From an uncultured Bdellovibrio sp. (GTDB lineage Bacteria > Bdellovibrionota > Bdellovibrionia > Bdellovibrionales > Bdellovibrionaceae): DNA of 64,000 nt. The translations under genes and the position numbers were made by a program. Where the stretch lies: the NCBI GenBank assembly GCA_963932905.1, contig CAWVRN010000022.1:1-64000 (forward strand), written 5' to 3'. The notes under the pieces are model-generated. The model ran no database searches, was not told the origin of the DNA, and saw nothing but the letters and a program-made list of their open reading frames with translations. Position 1 is the first letter of the stretch. Every line of letters begins with the position of its first letter. Shown in pieces: positions 47,086 through 59,136 of the stretch.

Positions 47086-48903
47086 ATGCAAAGATGGACC
47101 CGCAAACTCAGCGTACTGCTTTTGAGTATAGCATTTTTATCTAGCTGTGCTCATACTTCGAACAAAGCAGAAAACAACGCTATTCCGACAGATCCTACTA
47201 ATGGTCCAGCTACGGCCACTACAAATGTGACCGGTGATGGTAATGCACCGGCCCCGACATTAGATTCATTCCATTTGCAGGAAGATAAACCATCTAATGA
47301 TAAAGTATCTGAATTTGATGAAATCCCAAGCGAAGTGAACCCATTAGTTGAAAAATGGATTGGTTATTTTCAAGGAAAAGGCCGTGGCCACATGGAACGC
47401 TATTTAGCGCGATCGGCTCGCTATGAAAAACTAATGAAGAAAGTTTTGCGCGACAATAAATTACCAGAGGATTTATTCTACATTGCTTTGATCGAATCTG
47501 GTTTTAGCGCGCGTGCGACTAGTCATGCCGCGGCTGTTGGTTACTGGCAGTTTATCCGAGGAACGGGTAAACGTTATGGTCTAGAGATCAATAAATTTGT
47601 CGATGAACGTCGCGATCCTGAAATTGCAACTCAAGCCGCAGCTGATTATTTCAAAGCTTTGTATTCTATGTTTGGCTCATGGTATTTATCAATGGCATCC
47701 TACAACGTAGGCGAGGGCAAAGTTAAACGTGAAGTGAATCGCCTGGACACTCGTGATTTCTGGGAAATCGCTAAAAAGAAACGTTTACCTCGCGAAACTG
47801 TGAACTACATTCCGAAATACTTAGCTGCACGTTTGATCGCTAAAGATCCAGATAAATACGGTTTCGGTGAAATCGATTATTTACCACCGATTGAATTCGA
47901 TACTGTAAAATTGACGGAGCCTTTGAATTTAAGAATCATGTCTGAAAAAATGAGCTTAAACTACGAAGACTTCAAAGCCTTGAACCCAAAATTTAAAGGC
48001 GAAATAGCTACGCTATCAAATAATGTTCTGACTTTACGTATTCCCGTCGGAACCACAGACGCCGCAAAATTAGCAGCGAATGAAAGTAAAGTCGATAAAG
48101 TGGAATTCGTGGCCGATGCCGGAGATACACAAGAATACCGTATCCGTCGTGGTGATTCGTTATACACGATCGCGCGTAAGTTTCGCACAACTGTCGCTTA
48201 CTTACGTGATCTAAACGACATCCCAAGAAAGAAACGTTTGAAAGTAGGATCGCGAATTTCTGTTCCTGATCGCACGTCGCGTATTTCTAAAGTCAATTAT
48301 AAAACTCAGGCACCAGTCACAGCGACAACAAGCCCAGCCGATAGCAAAGCGTCGGTAGCAGCGGTTTCTGGCGCAGATAAAGAAAAAACAGAAGCTTCGG
48401 TTCCGCAAACAACAGCAGTAGTACAGGATGGCATTTCTAAGTTCTACATTGTGCAATCGGGTGATTCATTGTTTAGCATCGCGATGAAATACAACACGAC
48501 AGTTGACAGTTTGAAAAAGTTAAATTCAATTCGTCGTGGCCGTGTTTTAAAAGTAGGTGCAAAAATCCGACTGCCTGCTGATGTTTCTGATAACAAAGAT
48601 GATCAAACAAACAAGAAGAATCAGAATTCACAAGATTCAACACAAAAGAAAATCAACAAAGGCAAACGCCAAACGGCGATTGCTAGAAATATGTCAACTC
48701 AACGATCTGTCGCTGCGACTAAAGGCAGAGTGGCTAAGAAAGTCGCGAAGAAAACATACCACATCGTTCGACGTGGCGAAAATTTAGAAAAAATTGCGGA
48801 TAGATATGCAATTGATATCGCGGATATCAAATCTAAAAATAAAATTAAAAATTCGTCTAAGATACTTGTGGGTCAACGAATCATGATTCCTACGGTAAAC
48901 TAA
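47086..48903 (+). CDS. mltD: MltD-like lytic transglycosylase lipoprotein with three LysM domains
   Basis: Lipobox LSSC, IESGF, G.WQF, YN.GE, three GD/GE-L..IA LysM repeats. Confidence 0.92.
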   Translation: MQRWTRKLSVLLLSIAFLSSCAHTSNKAENNAIPTDPTNGPATATTNVTGDGNAPAPTLDSFHLQEDKPSNDKVSEFDEIPSEVNPLVEKWIGYFQGKGRGHMERYLARSARYEKLMKKVLRDNKLPEDLFYIALIESGFSARATSHAAAVGYWQFIRGTGKRYGLEINKFVDERRDPEIATQAAADYFKALYSMFGSWYLSMASYNVGEGKVKREVNRLDTRDFWEIAKKKRLPRETVNYIPKYLAARLIAKDPDKYGFGEIDYLPPIEFDTVKLTEPLNLRIMSEKMSLNYEDFKALNPKFKGEIATLSNNVLTLRIPVGTTDAAKLAANESKVDKVEFVADAGDTQEYRIRRGDSLYTIARKFRTTVAYLRDLNDIPRKKRLKVGSRISVPDRTSRISKVNYKTQAPVTATTSPADSKASVAAVSGADKEKTEASVPQTTAVVQDGISKFYIVQSGDSLFSIAMKYNTTVDSLKKLNSIRRGRVLKVGAKIRLPADVSDNKDDQTNKKNQNSQDSTQKKINKGKRQTAIARNMSTQRSVAATKGRVAKKVAKKTYHIVRRGENLEKIADRYAIDIADIKSKNKIKNSSKILVGQRIMIPTVN

Positions 48904-49182
48904 ATAAGTTTGTGCTTATAAAGCATCAAGTTAACGCATCTCTGTGAGAGATTGCATTTTGAATATCAAGGTTTGATTTTTACTTTAGAATTGGTGTCGA
49001 AAGTCCTTAGAAAATCTGCACCAATCGGTAGATATCGAAATAGCCCACCTGACCACTGCAGATTGGTTCAGAACATCTTGTTGGTTAAAAATGACAGTCA
49101 CTTGAGGATGTCGCGGTCTCGTAGAGGGACACTTTATTTACCTTTTGGAAATTTTTGGCTAGCGAGATGTAATTGTTTTATT

Positions 49183-49593
49183 TCAATTTCTAGAAACAAG
49201 ACGCTGAATCATCAATCGCACCAAATAGATCGCGCCTGATGATGTCAATAGTGTGACCAGAATAAAAACGTATTCAAATAGAAATCCTTGAGCAAAAGCT
49301 GTGGTTAATTCAAATCTTGGGATATACTTCGTGATAGCGGTAATAAGAGGAACCAGTGCAAACGTCACTACGATCGGGATATAAGACTCAGAAAAAAAGA
49401 CGAGGGGAAACATCACTAAAAATGCGATAAGAAACTTTTCAGCAAAAGGAATGGGTATCGAGTACACAATCTTATTAAGCCAATCTGGAAAATTCGTGTT
49501 TTTGCAGAACGTGGTCAAGCAGGGTTGCCAAAAAGTCAGTCCGGCGTAAATGGACAGGGTGAATGTAACCAGAAAAATTTCTTTTGTATTCAT
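49183..49593 (-). CDS. Hypothetical membrane protein
   Basis: About four hydrophobic segments; ATG 49593 is the likely start. Confidence 0.5.
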   Translation of the reverse strand: MNTKEIFLVTFTLSIYAGLTFWQPCLTTFCKNTNFPDWLNKIVYSIPIPFAEKFLIAFLVMFPLVFFSESYIPIVVTFALVPLITAITKYIPRFELTTAFAQGFLFEYVFILVTLLTSSGAIYLVRLMIQRLVSRN

Positions 49594-49730
49594 AGAATGA
49601 ATGTTAGTGAGTCCGAACTGTTTTGGCAACTGTGACTCTGTACGAATCAATTTAGAACCTAGAAATATGAATTGTGGTAAGAGATGGGGCTGATACTTTA
49701 TTTTTACGCCGACAATGGATGGCTAAATAC

Positions 49731-49770
49731 AAAAAAGCTAGAAGTCATCCTCAATGATGTTCTTCTAGCT
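49731..49770 (-). terminator. Intrinsic terminator downstream of riboswitch
   Basis: Minus strand AGCTAGAAG...CTTCTAGC followed by T tract. Confidence 0.75.
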
Positions 49771-49818
49771 AAGGGGAATGAAACCAATCCATGAATATAT
49801 TTGAAATTTTCCTTCCAT
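49765..49818 (-). CDS. Possible 17-aa peptide MEGKFQIYSWIGFIPLS
   Basis: SD GAGGTG before ATG; lies between aptamer and terminator. Confidence 0.3.
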   Translation of the reverse strand: MEGKFQIYSWIGFIPLS

Positions 49819-49848
49819 TTGACACCTCGAATTTCCCTCGGGTACTTA

Positions 49849-49940
49849 CCTTTGGTAGCTGGCAGACAAGGCTTTTACACCGTAGTCCCTCTAGCTTTGC
49901 GTCCCTCGCTTTCGCGAAGTTTGCCTTGGGCAAAGAAAGG
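49849..49940 (-). ncRNA. c-di-GMP-I (GEMM) riboswitch
   Basis: GGCAAACTTCGC-GAAA-GCGAGGGACGCAAAGC...GCCAGCTACC matches the GEMM consensus; G at the position equivalent to Vc2 G20. Confidence 0.92.
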
Positions 49941-50295
49941 ATAAACTAACGTTTATCAACCTTTAGGAAACCTCCTTTGAAAAGTTAGTGGTTGCACAGT
50001 CTCCATCTGCATTTCTTCCAACTTCCGTGCTGGATATGATCTAAGTCTAGTTTGAACTGATGAAAATATCCAGTGAAATCAATAGTTTGTATCAAATTGA
50101 TAACTTTGTTGATAGTCGTATAGTTGGTAGACAGTTTTTCGTTTCGGGTTGAAACGTTTTTGAATCAAATCGATTTATTTGCCAAACCAGACGAACAGCG
50201 ACCTTCTCTATCGGCCAATATGGGGACGCCATCCGACGTTACTAAGTTAGTGCCAGTCACTGGCTGAGGAGTTAAATCATCTTGGACAGGTGGTA

Positions 50296-51207
50296 TTAGG
50301 CCGCTTGGGGCTGTTTACGTAATTTTTGTACCGTAATTACAGCTAAGAAACAGATCAAGCCAACAACGACACCGACGATACCATCGAACAAAATACCAAC
50401 GGCTGTGTTCGTAACCACTTGTTCTGATAAATGGTGAATCCACGGCAAACCATGGCTGAAGATACCGCCGCCAACAAGGAACATCGCTGCCGTTCCGGCC
50501 ACAGATAAAAACTTCATCAGGATGGGTGCAAATTTTAACATGCTGGTGCCCAAAAGTTTTTTAAATCCAGATGTGTTTGCGTTCGTCACCAAATGCAAAC
50601 CAATATCATCGATTTTTACGATGAATGCGACAAGTCCATAGACTCCAAAAGTCATAGCTAGCGCAATGCCAGTCAGGACAGCGGCTTTTACACCGATTGA
50701 GGATTCTTGAACTGTTCCTAAAGTAATTGCGATAATTTCGGCAGATAAAATAAAATCAGTGCGAACAGCACCAGTGATTTTTTCTTTTTCAATTTCGATT
50801 AATTTTTCAGGAGTCAGATTCAGATGTTCTTTGTGTTGTTCTGTATGTTTCTGCTGATCTTCTTTTGAGTGAAACAACACATGCCAGACTTTTTCAAATC
50901 CTTCGAAACATAAATACGCACCACCGATCATTAATAGTGGAGTCACTAATGATGGCATTAAAAGACTAATAGCTAGCGCGGCTGGAACTAAAATAGCTTT
51001 ATTCAGTAATGAGCCTTTGCAGACCGCCCACACGATGGGTAATTCACGTTCGGCGCGAACGCCAATCACTTGCTGAGCATTTAGGGCTAAATCATCACCC
51101 AAGACTCCCGATGTTTTTTTAGCGGCTACTTTGGTCAATACAGAAACGTCATCCAGAACGGTTGCAATATCATCTAATAACATCAGAAAACTTGAAGCCA
51201 TAAACAC
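50296..51207 (-). CDS. yedI: DUF808 inner membrane protein YedI
   Basis: LLDDIA..LDDV...K.A.KK..GVLGDDLA.NA, GA.RTDFILSAEI. Confidence 0.92.
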   Translation of the reverse strand: MFMASSFLMLLDDIATVLDDVSVLTKVAAKKTSGVLGDDLALNAQQVIGVRAERELPIVWAVCKGSLLNKAILVPAALAISLLMPSLVTPLLMIGGAYLCFEGFEKVWHVLFHSKEDQQKHTEQHKEHLNLTPEKLIEIEKEKITGAVRTDFILSAEIIAITLGTVQESSIGVKAAVLTGIALAMTFGVYGLVAFIVKIDDIGLHLVTNANTSGFKKLLGTSMLKFAPILMKFLSVAGTAAMFLVGGGIFSHGLPWIHHLSEQVVTNTAVGILFDGIVGVVVGLICFLAVITVQKLRKQPQAA

Positions 51208-51279
51208 CCTTTGTTAATACCAATCATAGTGTAGTGAATGTTGTAGCTTCAAGATAATTTCGCTGGTCGACAAGTTGCT

Positions 51280-52605
51280 TTATGGTGCCGTTCTTGATTT
51301 AGCACGCTCTTCTTTGAAGACATTTAGTATAGTTTCAACCAAATCAAATGGTCGTTCGCTAGGCAGAAAGTGACCGGCTTCAACGCCCGTTTCTTTATCG
51401 GTTGAAAATTCGATAATGGGTCCGCCAACCTCATCGACTATAGTTTTTGATCCAGCTTTGTTAATTAGCTTATCCGAATCACCAAAAACCATCATAGTCT
51501 TGTTTTTAACTTCGTCCGACAAATGTGAAATTTGATAACGAGCTTTAGGATTCACTAAACCAAATCCATTGTCATAGTCGCGTAACGCCATATCCCGATT
51601 GTAAAGAGAAGTGTTGTCGTACCCATGCTGGCTAGTGTCTGATCCTTTCAAACCATCCGCTATTTGTATTGTTGCTAAGGATAAGAACATTCGGGTTACT
51701 TCTTCGGAAAGCTCAATCCCCACTTCTTGTTTTGATTTAGCGGCTTGATGGTTGGTTACGGAGTTGAGAAGAATAGGGTCTGAGATTTTATTAGTTTGTC
51801 TACGTAAAATATTACGCATTTGATTTGCAAAATATTCTGTAAATTGGCCCAAGCCAGGAATAAAAAAGAATGGATTGTAGATTTGCTTGTCAACGATTTC
51901 ATCGACTTTCCAAGTATCATAACCATTCGAAGAAATGTGTTTAATTAATTGTTTATCAAATTGTCCAGTGGCCAGTGCTAAAGACGACACCGCAAAACCT
52001 CGAGAGTGTCCCAATAAAATAAACTTTTCGCCTTTAGGTATTTCGAGTCGTAATACTTCCGCCAGCGCCAATCCGTCTTCAACCGGGCTTGGAGCTTTTA
52101 ACGCGCGACCGCGGTTCTTCAGTGTATGCATTAGAGTGTGACCGGCATTGGCGCCATCCATTGCAACCACTCGGAAACCCATGGCTACTAGAAGACGAGT
52201 CATCGAAGCAAAGTAAATAGCAGATTCAGCAAAACCGTGTTGTAAGACGATGGTCGTTTTGTATTTTCCATTAGTAGGCTGAAGGACGTGATAGCTAGTT
52301 GTATATTTAGTTCCGTCGATTGTTTTTCGCTCGAACGTTTTTTCAGTGTATTGGTAAGGAACCGAATCGTTATTTTCAATCATTGTTTTCCAGCGCGATG
52401 GAACTGCGATTTCACTTCTATCTGAAAAAAATTTAGGTAAGCTCCACGCATCTCTACGTAGGCGCTGAGTTTTTGTTGGTAACACTTGCAGATACGTTTT
52501 ATCGTAGAATCCCAAACAGGCGTCTGCAGGTGCGCTCATAGCTGAATAACTAATAGTCAATGCAAGAACAACAAGTAGATATGTAGTTTTAACGTGGATT
52601 TTCAT
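51280..52605 (-). CDS. Secreted alpha/beta hydrolase
   Basis: Signal peptide, HGF oxyanion, GHSRG nucleophile, G..D, AGH. Confidence 0.85.
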   Translation of the reverse strand: MKIHVKTTYLLVVLALTISYSAMSAPADACLGFYDKTYLQVLPTKTQRLRRDAWSLPKFFSDRSEIAVPSRWKTMIENNDSVPYQYTEKTFERKTIDGTKYTTSYHVLQPTNGKYKTTIVLQHGFAESAIYFASMTRLLVAMGFRVVAMDGANAGHTLMHTLKNRGRALKAPSPVEDGLALAEVLRLEIPKGEKFILLGHSRGFAVSSLALATGQFDKQLIKHISSNGYDTWKVDEIVDKQIYNPFFFIPGLGQFTEYFANQMRNILRRQTNKISDPILLNSVTNHQAAKSKQEVGIELSEEVTRMFLSLATIQIADGLKGSDTSQHGYDNTSLYNRDMALRDYDNGFGLVNPKARYQISHLSDEVKNKTMMVFGDSDKLINKAGSKTIVDEVGGPIIEFSTDKETGVEAGHFLPSERPFDLVETILNVFKEERAKSRTAP

Positions 52606-52820
52606 AGTGATATTCTAAATTACAAGATTGGGTCCAATGCGCCACCCGCAAATCGTTGTGTAGTGTGGATAAAATAGCTATGGAGGTACTGAAAGTATTG
52701 AAAACATTGAGTTTTTGCTACTAGATGACGAAAAAGGCCGACGCTGGGACAATCAAAGTTTTTACTCTTTTCCTTGCTGGCAGCGGATTGTAGGGATTGT
52801 GTTTGGATTCTGTTTAAGTT

Positions 52821-53669
52821 CTATTCTTGTATAGTCTTTGTAAACGAATTTAACCATGTCGACCATTGTTCCTGATTTTTCCAGTAAATATATAATGAAT
52901 GTTGCCAGAAACCTTTCTTTGGGCCGGAACGTGTTACTAACCCTTGTTCCATGGGTTCATTCATATAAGAGATTGGCAGGAATGCAATGCCATAACCATC
53001 AATAACCGAGCGAACGACCGAGGAAATAAAATCCGATTCAATGATAGGACGATAGTTATTTTTAGGTAAGCTGCTTAAGTAGTCTTCGGTTTCGTCACGG
53101 AGAATTGTTTTTTTACCGGGAAGAATGATATTGTTTTCATTTGGTTTATGCACTTGGGATTGAAACATATTTACCGCCATACTGATTTCTTCAAACATCG
53201 ACCAGTCTTGAAACTGCGGCATACGACGATCGGTGATTAGCAAATCAGCCAGCGATAAAATTTCTGATTCTTCTTCATTTAGAGAATTCACTCGAAACAG
53301 TTCTATTTTTAAGTGTGAATTTCTTTTTTTCTCTATTTGAAAAGCTGTTTCCAAAAACAACGATGGATCAACGGATGCCGCTACAGCGATTCGTAAATTT
53401 TTTGAAGTGTCTTTTTCGTTAAAGCGCGAAACGAGTTCATTCGTTCCTTGGAATAATCTGGCAGTCTGTGCGTACAGTCGTTGTCCGCGATCGGTAAGAA
53501 CTACGTTGCGTCCTTTTTTTTCCAATAATTTAAATCCAAGTTGCTGCTCCAAAGTCTTGATTTGAATACTGAGCGAAGGCTGCGAGAGTCTTAAATGCTG
53601 GGCCGCTTTTGTTACACTGTTAAATCTAGCGACCTCGTAAAAGTAATATATGTGATTATAGTTAACCAT
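52821..53669 (-). CDS. LysR family regulator (NhaR-like)
   Basis: NYNHIYYF.EVA...SVTKAA..L.LSQPSLS.QIK.LE. Confidence 0.92.
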   Translation of the reverse strand: MVNYNHIYYFYEVARFNSVTKAAQHLRLSQPSLSIQIKTLEQQLGFKLLEKKGRNVVLTDRGQRLYAQTARLFQGTNELVSRFNEKDTSKNLRIAVAASVDPSLFLETAFQIEKKRNSHLKIELFRVNSLNEEESEILSLADLLITDRRMPQFQDWSMFEEISMAVNMFQSQVHKPNENNIILPGKKTILRDETEDYLSSLPKNNYRPIIESDFISSVVRSVIDGYGIAFLPISYMNEPMEQGLVTRSGPKKGFWQHSLYIYWKNQEQWSTWLNSFTKTIQE

Positions 53670-53793
53670 TTTGTTTTAAACTACCCGAATGTAACATAGA
53701 AGTAAATATATTTAAAATTTAAATGATTAGTATAGAAATTATATATTTTATTTATGTATTAAAAAGGGGGATTCTAGGGTTACAGGAGGCAAA

Positions 53794-54156
53794 ATGAAAA
53801 TTCAAGTTCACTATAAAAATATAGCGATGTCCGAGTCTATAAACAATTTTATCAAAGGTGAGTTAGAATCGATGTTTGAAAAGTATCGTGCCCATAACCC
53901 ATCTGTGGATGTGTATATAGAAAGCATCCGCGCGCGAATGGCTAATCGTCATCCTATTTTTTCATGTGAGTTTATATATAAAACCGGAAACGATCGATCG
54001 ACTCAGAAAATTGTACGAGAAGGTCGCGACCTCTTTATGCTTATTAGCGATTCAATCTCTGTTGTTGAACAGCGAATGAGCGAACTGTCAGCACGAAAAG
54101 CCGATCACCGACGTTATCAACGTCGTGAGGCGCGAACTGCTGCTAGACTTTATTAA
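53794..54156 (+). CDS. HPF/RaiA (S30AE) family ribosome-associated protein
   Basis: MKIQV..KNI..SE.I..FI...L and DL...I......E.. pattern. Confidence 0.7.
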   Translation: MKIQVHYKNIAMSESINNFIKGELESMFEKYRAHNPSVDVYIESIRARMANRHPIFSCEFIYKTGNDRSTQKIVREGRDLFMLISDSISVVEQRMSELSARKADHRRYQRREARTAARLY

Positions 54157-54190
54157 AATATCTTCACTGTAATCTGATCAACTCTCCTTT

Positions 54191-54222
54191 AAGCCCGTTT
54201 TGAAATATAAGCGGGCTTTTTT
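54191..54222 (+). terminator. Intrinsic terminator
   Basis: AAGCCCG...CGGGCTT followed by T tract. Confidence 0.8.
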
Positions 54223-54272
54223 ATGTTGCCCGTGGAACTTGACTGTGGAAGCATTTTCACTAGGAGTTCCCA

Positions 54273-55406
54273 GTGACATCGTTACCTACCTTTCCGCCTT
54301 TGGGGCCAATCAGTAAAAAACTGAATGCCAGCCAATTAAAATGGTCTGACTTTACGAAAGCTATTCCCTTTTCTTACACGGAAATACAAGAGGTGAAAGC
54401 TTGGGCTGTCTTCATGCGCGCAATGGTTTTGTGGGGCGCTTTTGTTTGGTGTGGTTTGACACTATTTTCAGTCTCTTCGTGGACTTGGTATCATTTCCTG
54501 ATCGATGCGCTGATTTGCGTCGGCATTTTTTGTTGCTATGCCAACCTTTTTGTTTTGGCACATGACTGCGGTCATTTCTGTTTTTCAAAAAGTAAACTTG
54601 CTAATAAATTCGTCGGACATTTTATTTTAAGTGTTTTTCATATTGGGTTTCATAACTGGAAAATTGGTCATAACTTTCATCATGTCTATTCTCAAACGAT
54701 CGGACGTGACACCACGTGGACTAAAGATAAAATGACCGTGGACGTGTTTAAAAACAGCGATGCCAAAACACAAAAAAGTTATCTAATTGGATACGCTACA
54801 TTGATTGGAGTTCTAGTCGGATACTATTTTTCCTGTGTTAATTATTTTTTCTTTGTGCGTTATTATAAAATCATTCCCTTGGAAAAAGAACAAAAAAGAC
54901 AACTGATGTTTTCTAGCTTTTTAGTATTGGTATTTAGTTTGGGTCACCTATATTTGTTTTACCGAATAGGTGGGATTGCATTTTATTTTAATTTTCACCT
55001 AGTTCCTTTGATGTTTGGTGCTGTTGCGGCAGTGGGTATTCCGTTGTTACAACATGCTCATAAAAACGGAGTTTATTTTGATAAAGAAAGCTGGACTCCG
55101 ATGCGTGGTCAAATTTTAGGTACTTATAATTTCCGAATGCCTTATTTCTGGGAACGAGTATTCAATGATGTAAATTTACATGTGGGGCATCACATCAATC
55201 CCAAAGTTCCTTGGTATAACTTGCGTAAAGTTCACAATGAACTGAAAACAAAATTTCCGGATTATATTTTTGAATACGATCTGACATGGGACGCGATTAA
55301 AGGAATTTATGCGAATCCTTTGGCAGAATGGGATGCTGAGTTTAATCTATATAGATCAGTGCCTGTTCCTGAAAAAAAACTAATGATGTTTGTGATCCAT
55401 TTTTGA
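54273..55406 (+). CDS. Membrane fatty acid desaturase (delta12/omega-6-like)
   Basis: His boxes HDCGH, HNFHH, HVGHH. Confidence 0.9.
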   Translation: MTSLPTFPPLGPISKKLNASQLKWSDFTKAIPFSYTEIQEVKAWAVFMRAMVLWGAFVWCGLTLFSVSSWTWYHFLIDALICVGIFCCYANLFVLAHDCGHFCFSKSKLANKFVGHFILSVFHIGFHNWKIGHNFHHVYSQTIGRDTTWTKDKMTVDVFKNSDAKTQKSYLIGYATLIGVLVGYYFSCVNYFFFVRYYKIIPLEKEQKRQLMFSSFLVLVFSLGHLYLFYRIGGIAFYFNFHLVPLMFGAVAAVGIPLLQHAHKNGVYFDKESWTPMRGQILGTYNFRMPYFWERVFNDVNLHVGHHINPKVPWYNLRKVHNELKTKFPDYIFEYDLTWDAIKGIYANPLAEWDAEFNLYRSVPVPEKKLMMFVIHF

Positions 55407-55775
55407 TTTAGGCAAAGATAGAGGCAAATCATAACTGACACTATTCCCCTTTTGTCCGAGGCGAGTCGCTTCAACTGTAAGAGAGCCTTTCTTCTTTAAA
55501 TCAAATTTTTTACCTAAATCACAAATAAATACATCGCTTTCCGGATGGCATGCAATCGTGTTTACTAAGACTGCCGAGTTTTCAACAGTCGGGTTTTTCC
55601 ATTCGATATCTAAAAGATAGATTTTTAATTTCGATTTTGAAATAGAAACGACTTCTGTATGAAATCCACCTGGCATTTTGATGTATCCACCGTGTGGTCC
55701 AAGTTTATCTTCCCCATGTGAGAAAGCATTTGACGTAAAAACTATGATGGCGGCAATTAATAAGCATTTGTTCAT
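55380..55775 (-). CDS. Secreted His-containing hypothetical protein
   Basis: Signal peptide, HGEDKLGPHGG, C-terminal DHKHH. Confidence 0.7.
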   Translation of the reverse strand: MNKCLLIAAIIVFTSNAFSHGEDKLGPHGGYIKMPGGFHTEVVSISKSKLKIYLLDIEWKNPTVENSAVLVNTIACHPESDVFICDLGKKFDLKKKGSLTVEATRLGQKGNSVSYDLPLSLPKSKMDHKHH

Positions 55776-55947
55776 TCTGTGATATTAGCAGAATAAAACG
55801 ATCTGGCATCAAAAGATTGTTTTTTCTGGACCAAAAACGTCACCCCTTAGACTAGATAAGTGTAATAACTTCTGTCTTATTTTTTTACACATTAAAATTC
55901 GGTAAAAGTAGTTTAGTATGGCCTTCAATCAAGACAGGAGATTTAGA

Positions 55948-56562
55948 ATGAAAACACTTAACCTTACAAATTTAGCTAAATTGGCTCTTGGCCTTTTAGT
56001 AGTTCTATCGGTGGCGTGTGATAAAAAAGGTGGAGATTCGACTCCTGTTGGTGCTACGGCAAACTACGCTTACGTGAATGGATCATGCCACGATACTACG
56101 ACCAATACAGCTGTCGCTGCCAACTTGTGTGCGAACGTGTTGATTAATGGTGCTTACAGATATGACGGTGCCACTTGTCGTGATACTGCTGGCAATGTAG
56201 TTACGACAACATTGTGCACTCAAGGTATATATACTACAGGTGTAAACAGTCAGTATCATTTGAATGGTGTTACTTGTGTTGATATCAACAACAACCCAGT
56301 CGCTCAAACTCTGTGCACACAAATGGGTGTGAACACTCAATATCAAATCTTGGGTGGAAATTGTATTTATACGTACACTGGTCAAGCGGTGTCTTATCAG
56401 TATTGCTCGGGAGTTGCTGGTTACAATCCAAATATGTGTAATGGTATCTTCTTGAAATACTTAGGCTATGGTATGACGTCATACTTATATTGCCAAGGTA
56501 GTAACTGTTCCGGTCAAACTCTAATCGAATACACTACTGGGATTCAAAAAGTTTGCCCGTAG
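55948..56562 (+). CDS. Cys-repeat lipoprotein
   Basis: SD AGGAG, lipobox SVAC, four Y...G..C...V....C repeats. Confidence 0.75.
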   Translation: MKTLNLTNLAKLALGLLVVLSVACDKKGGDSTPVGATANYAYVNGSCHDTTTNTAVAANLCANVLINGAYRYDGATCRDTAGNVVTTTLCTQGIYTTGVNSQYHLNGVTCVDINNNPVAQTLCTQMGVNTQYQILGGNCIYTYTGQAVSYQYCSGVAGYNPNMCNGIFLKYLGYGMTSYLYCQGSNCSGQTLIEYTTGIQKVCP

Positions 56563-56586
56563 TATTTAATTAGTTTCTAAATTTAA

Positions 56587-58677
<2,091 letters not shown>

Positions 58678-58727
58678 CCAGAGAACGGACTAGCGCATCC
58701 ATCCTAGGCACGCCAGAATTTTAGAAA

Positions 58728-59117
58728 TTATTTTTGCGGAGTATGGCAGACCGCTTCGATGTTGTGACCGTCGGGATCAGTTACAAAAGCACCATAGTAG
58801 TCTTGGTGGTAGTGAGGACGAGGGCCTGGGGCGCCATTGTCGGTGCCACCGTTTGCCAACGCCGCTTTGTAGAATTCATCAACTTGTTTGCGAGTTTCAG
58901 CGCGAATGGCAACATGGACATGTGGTTTTTGCGGTGAGCCTTCGCTAATCCAAAAATCAGGTTTGGGAGCGATTCCGTAGCCAAGGATCACTTTTCCTCC
59001 CGTGTATTCTTTGGGAACTTCCATCAGCATTTTATAGCCAAGCGGAGCCAAAGCGGCATCGTAAAATTTTCTGCTTTTAACGGGATCGCTAATCGCAACA
59101 CCAGTGTGATCGATCAT
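58728..59117 (-). CDS. VOC/glyoxalase family protein
   Basis: MIDH.G..., HVA, GG.DNGAPG.R..Y...YYGAFV.DPDG.NIEAV. Confidence 0.93.
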   Translation of the reverse strand: MIDHTGVAISDPVKSRKFYDAALAPLGYKMLMEVPKEYTGGKVILGYGIAPKPDFWISEGSPQKPHVHVAIRAETRKQVDEFYKAALANGGTDNGAPGPRPHYHQDYYGAFVTDPDGHNIEAVCHTPQK

Positions 59118-59136
59118 ATTTAATCTCCTTGTTTGT

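Noticed and set aside
48952..49239. 95-aa plus-strand ORF after mltD and the many short antisense ORFs in the track
   Set aside because: No SD or motif; most lie opposite well-supported genes
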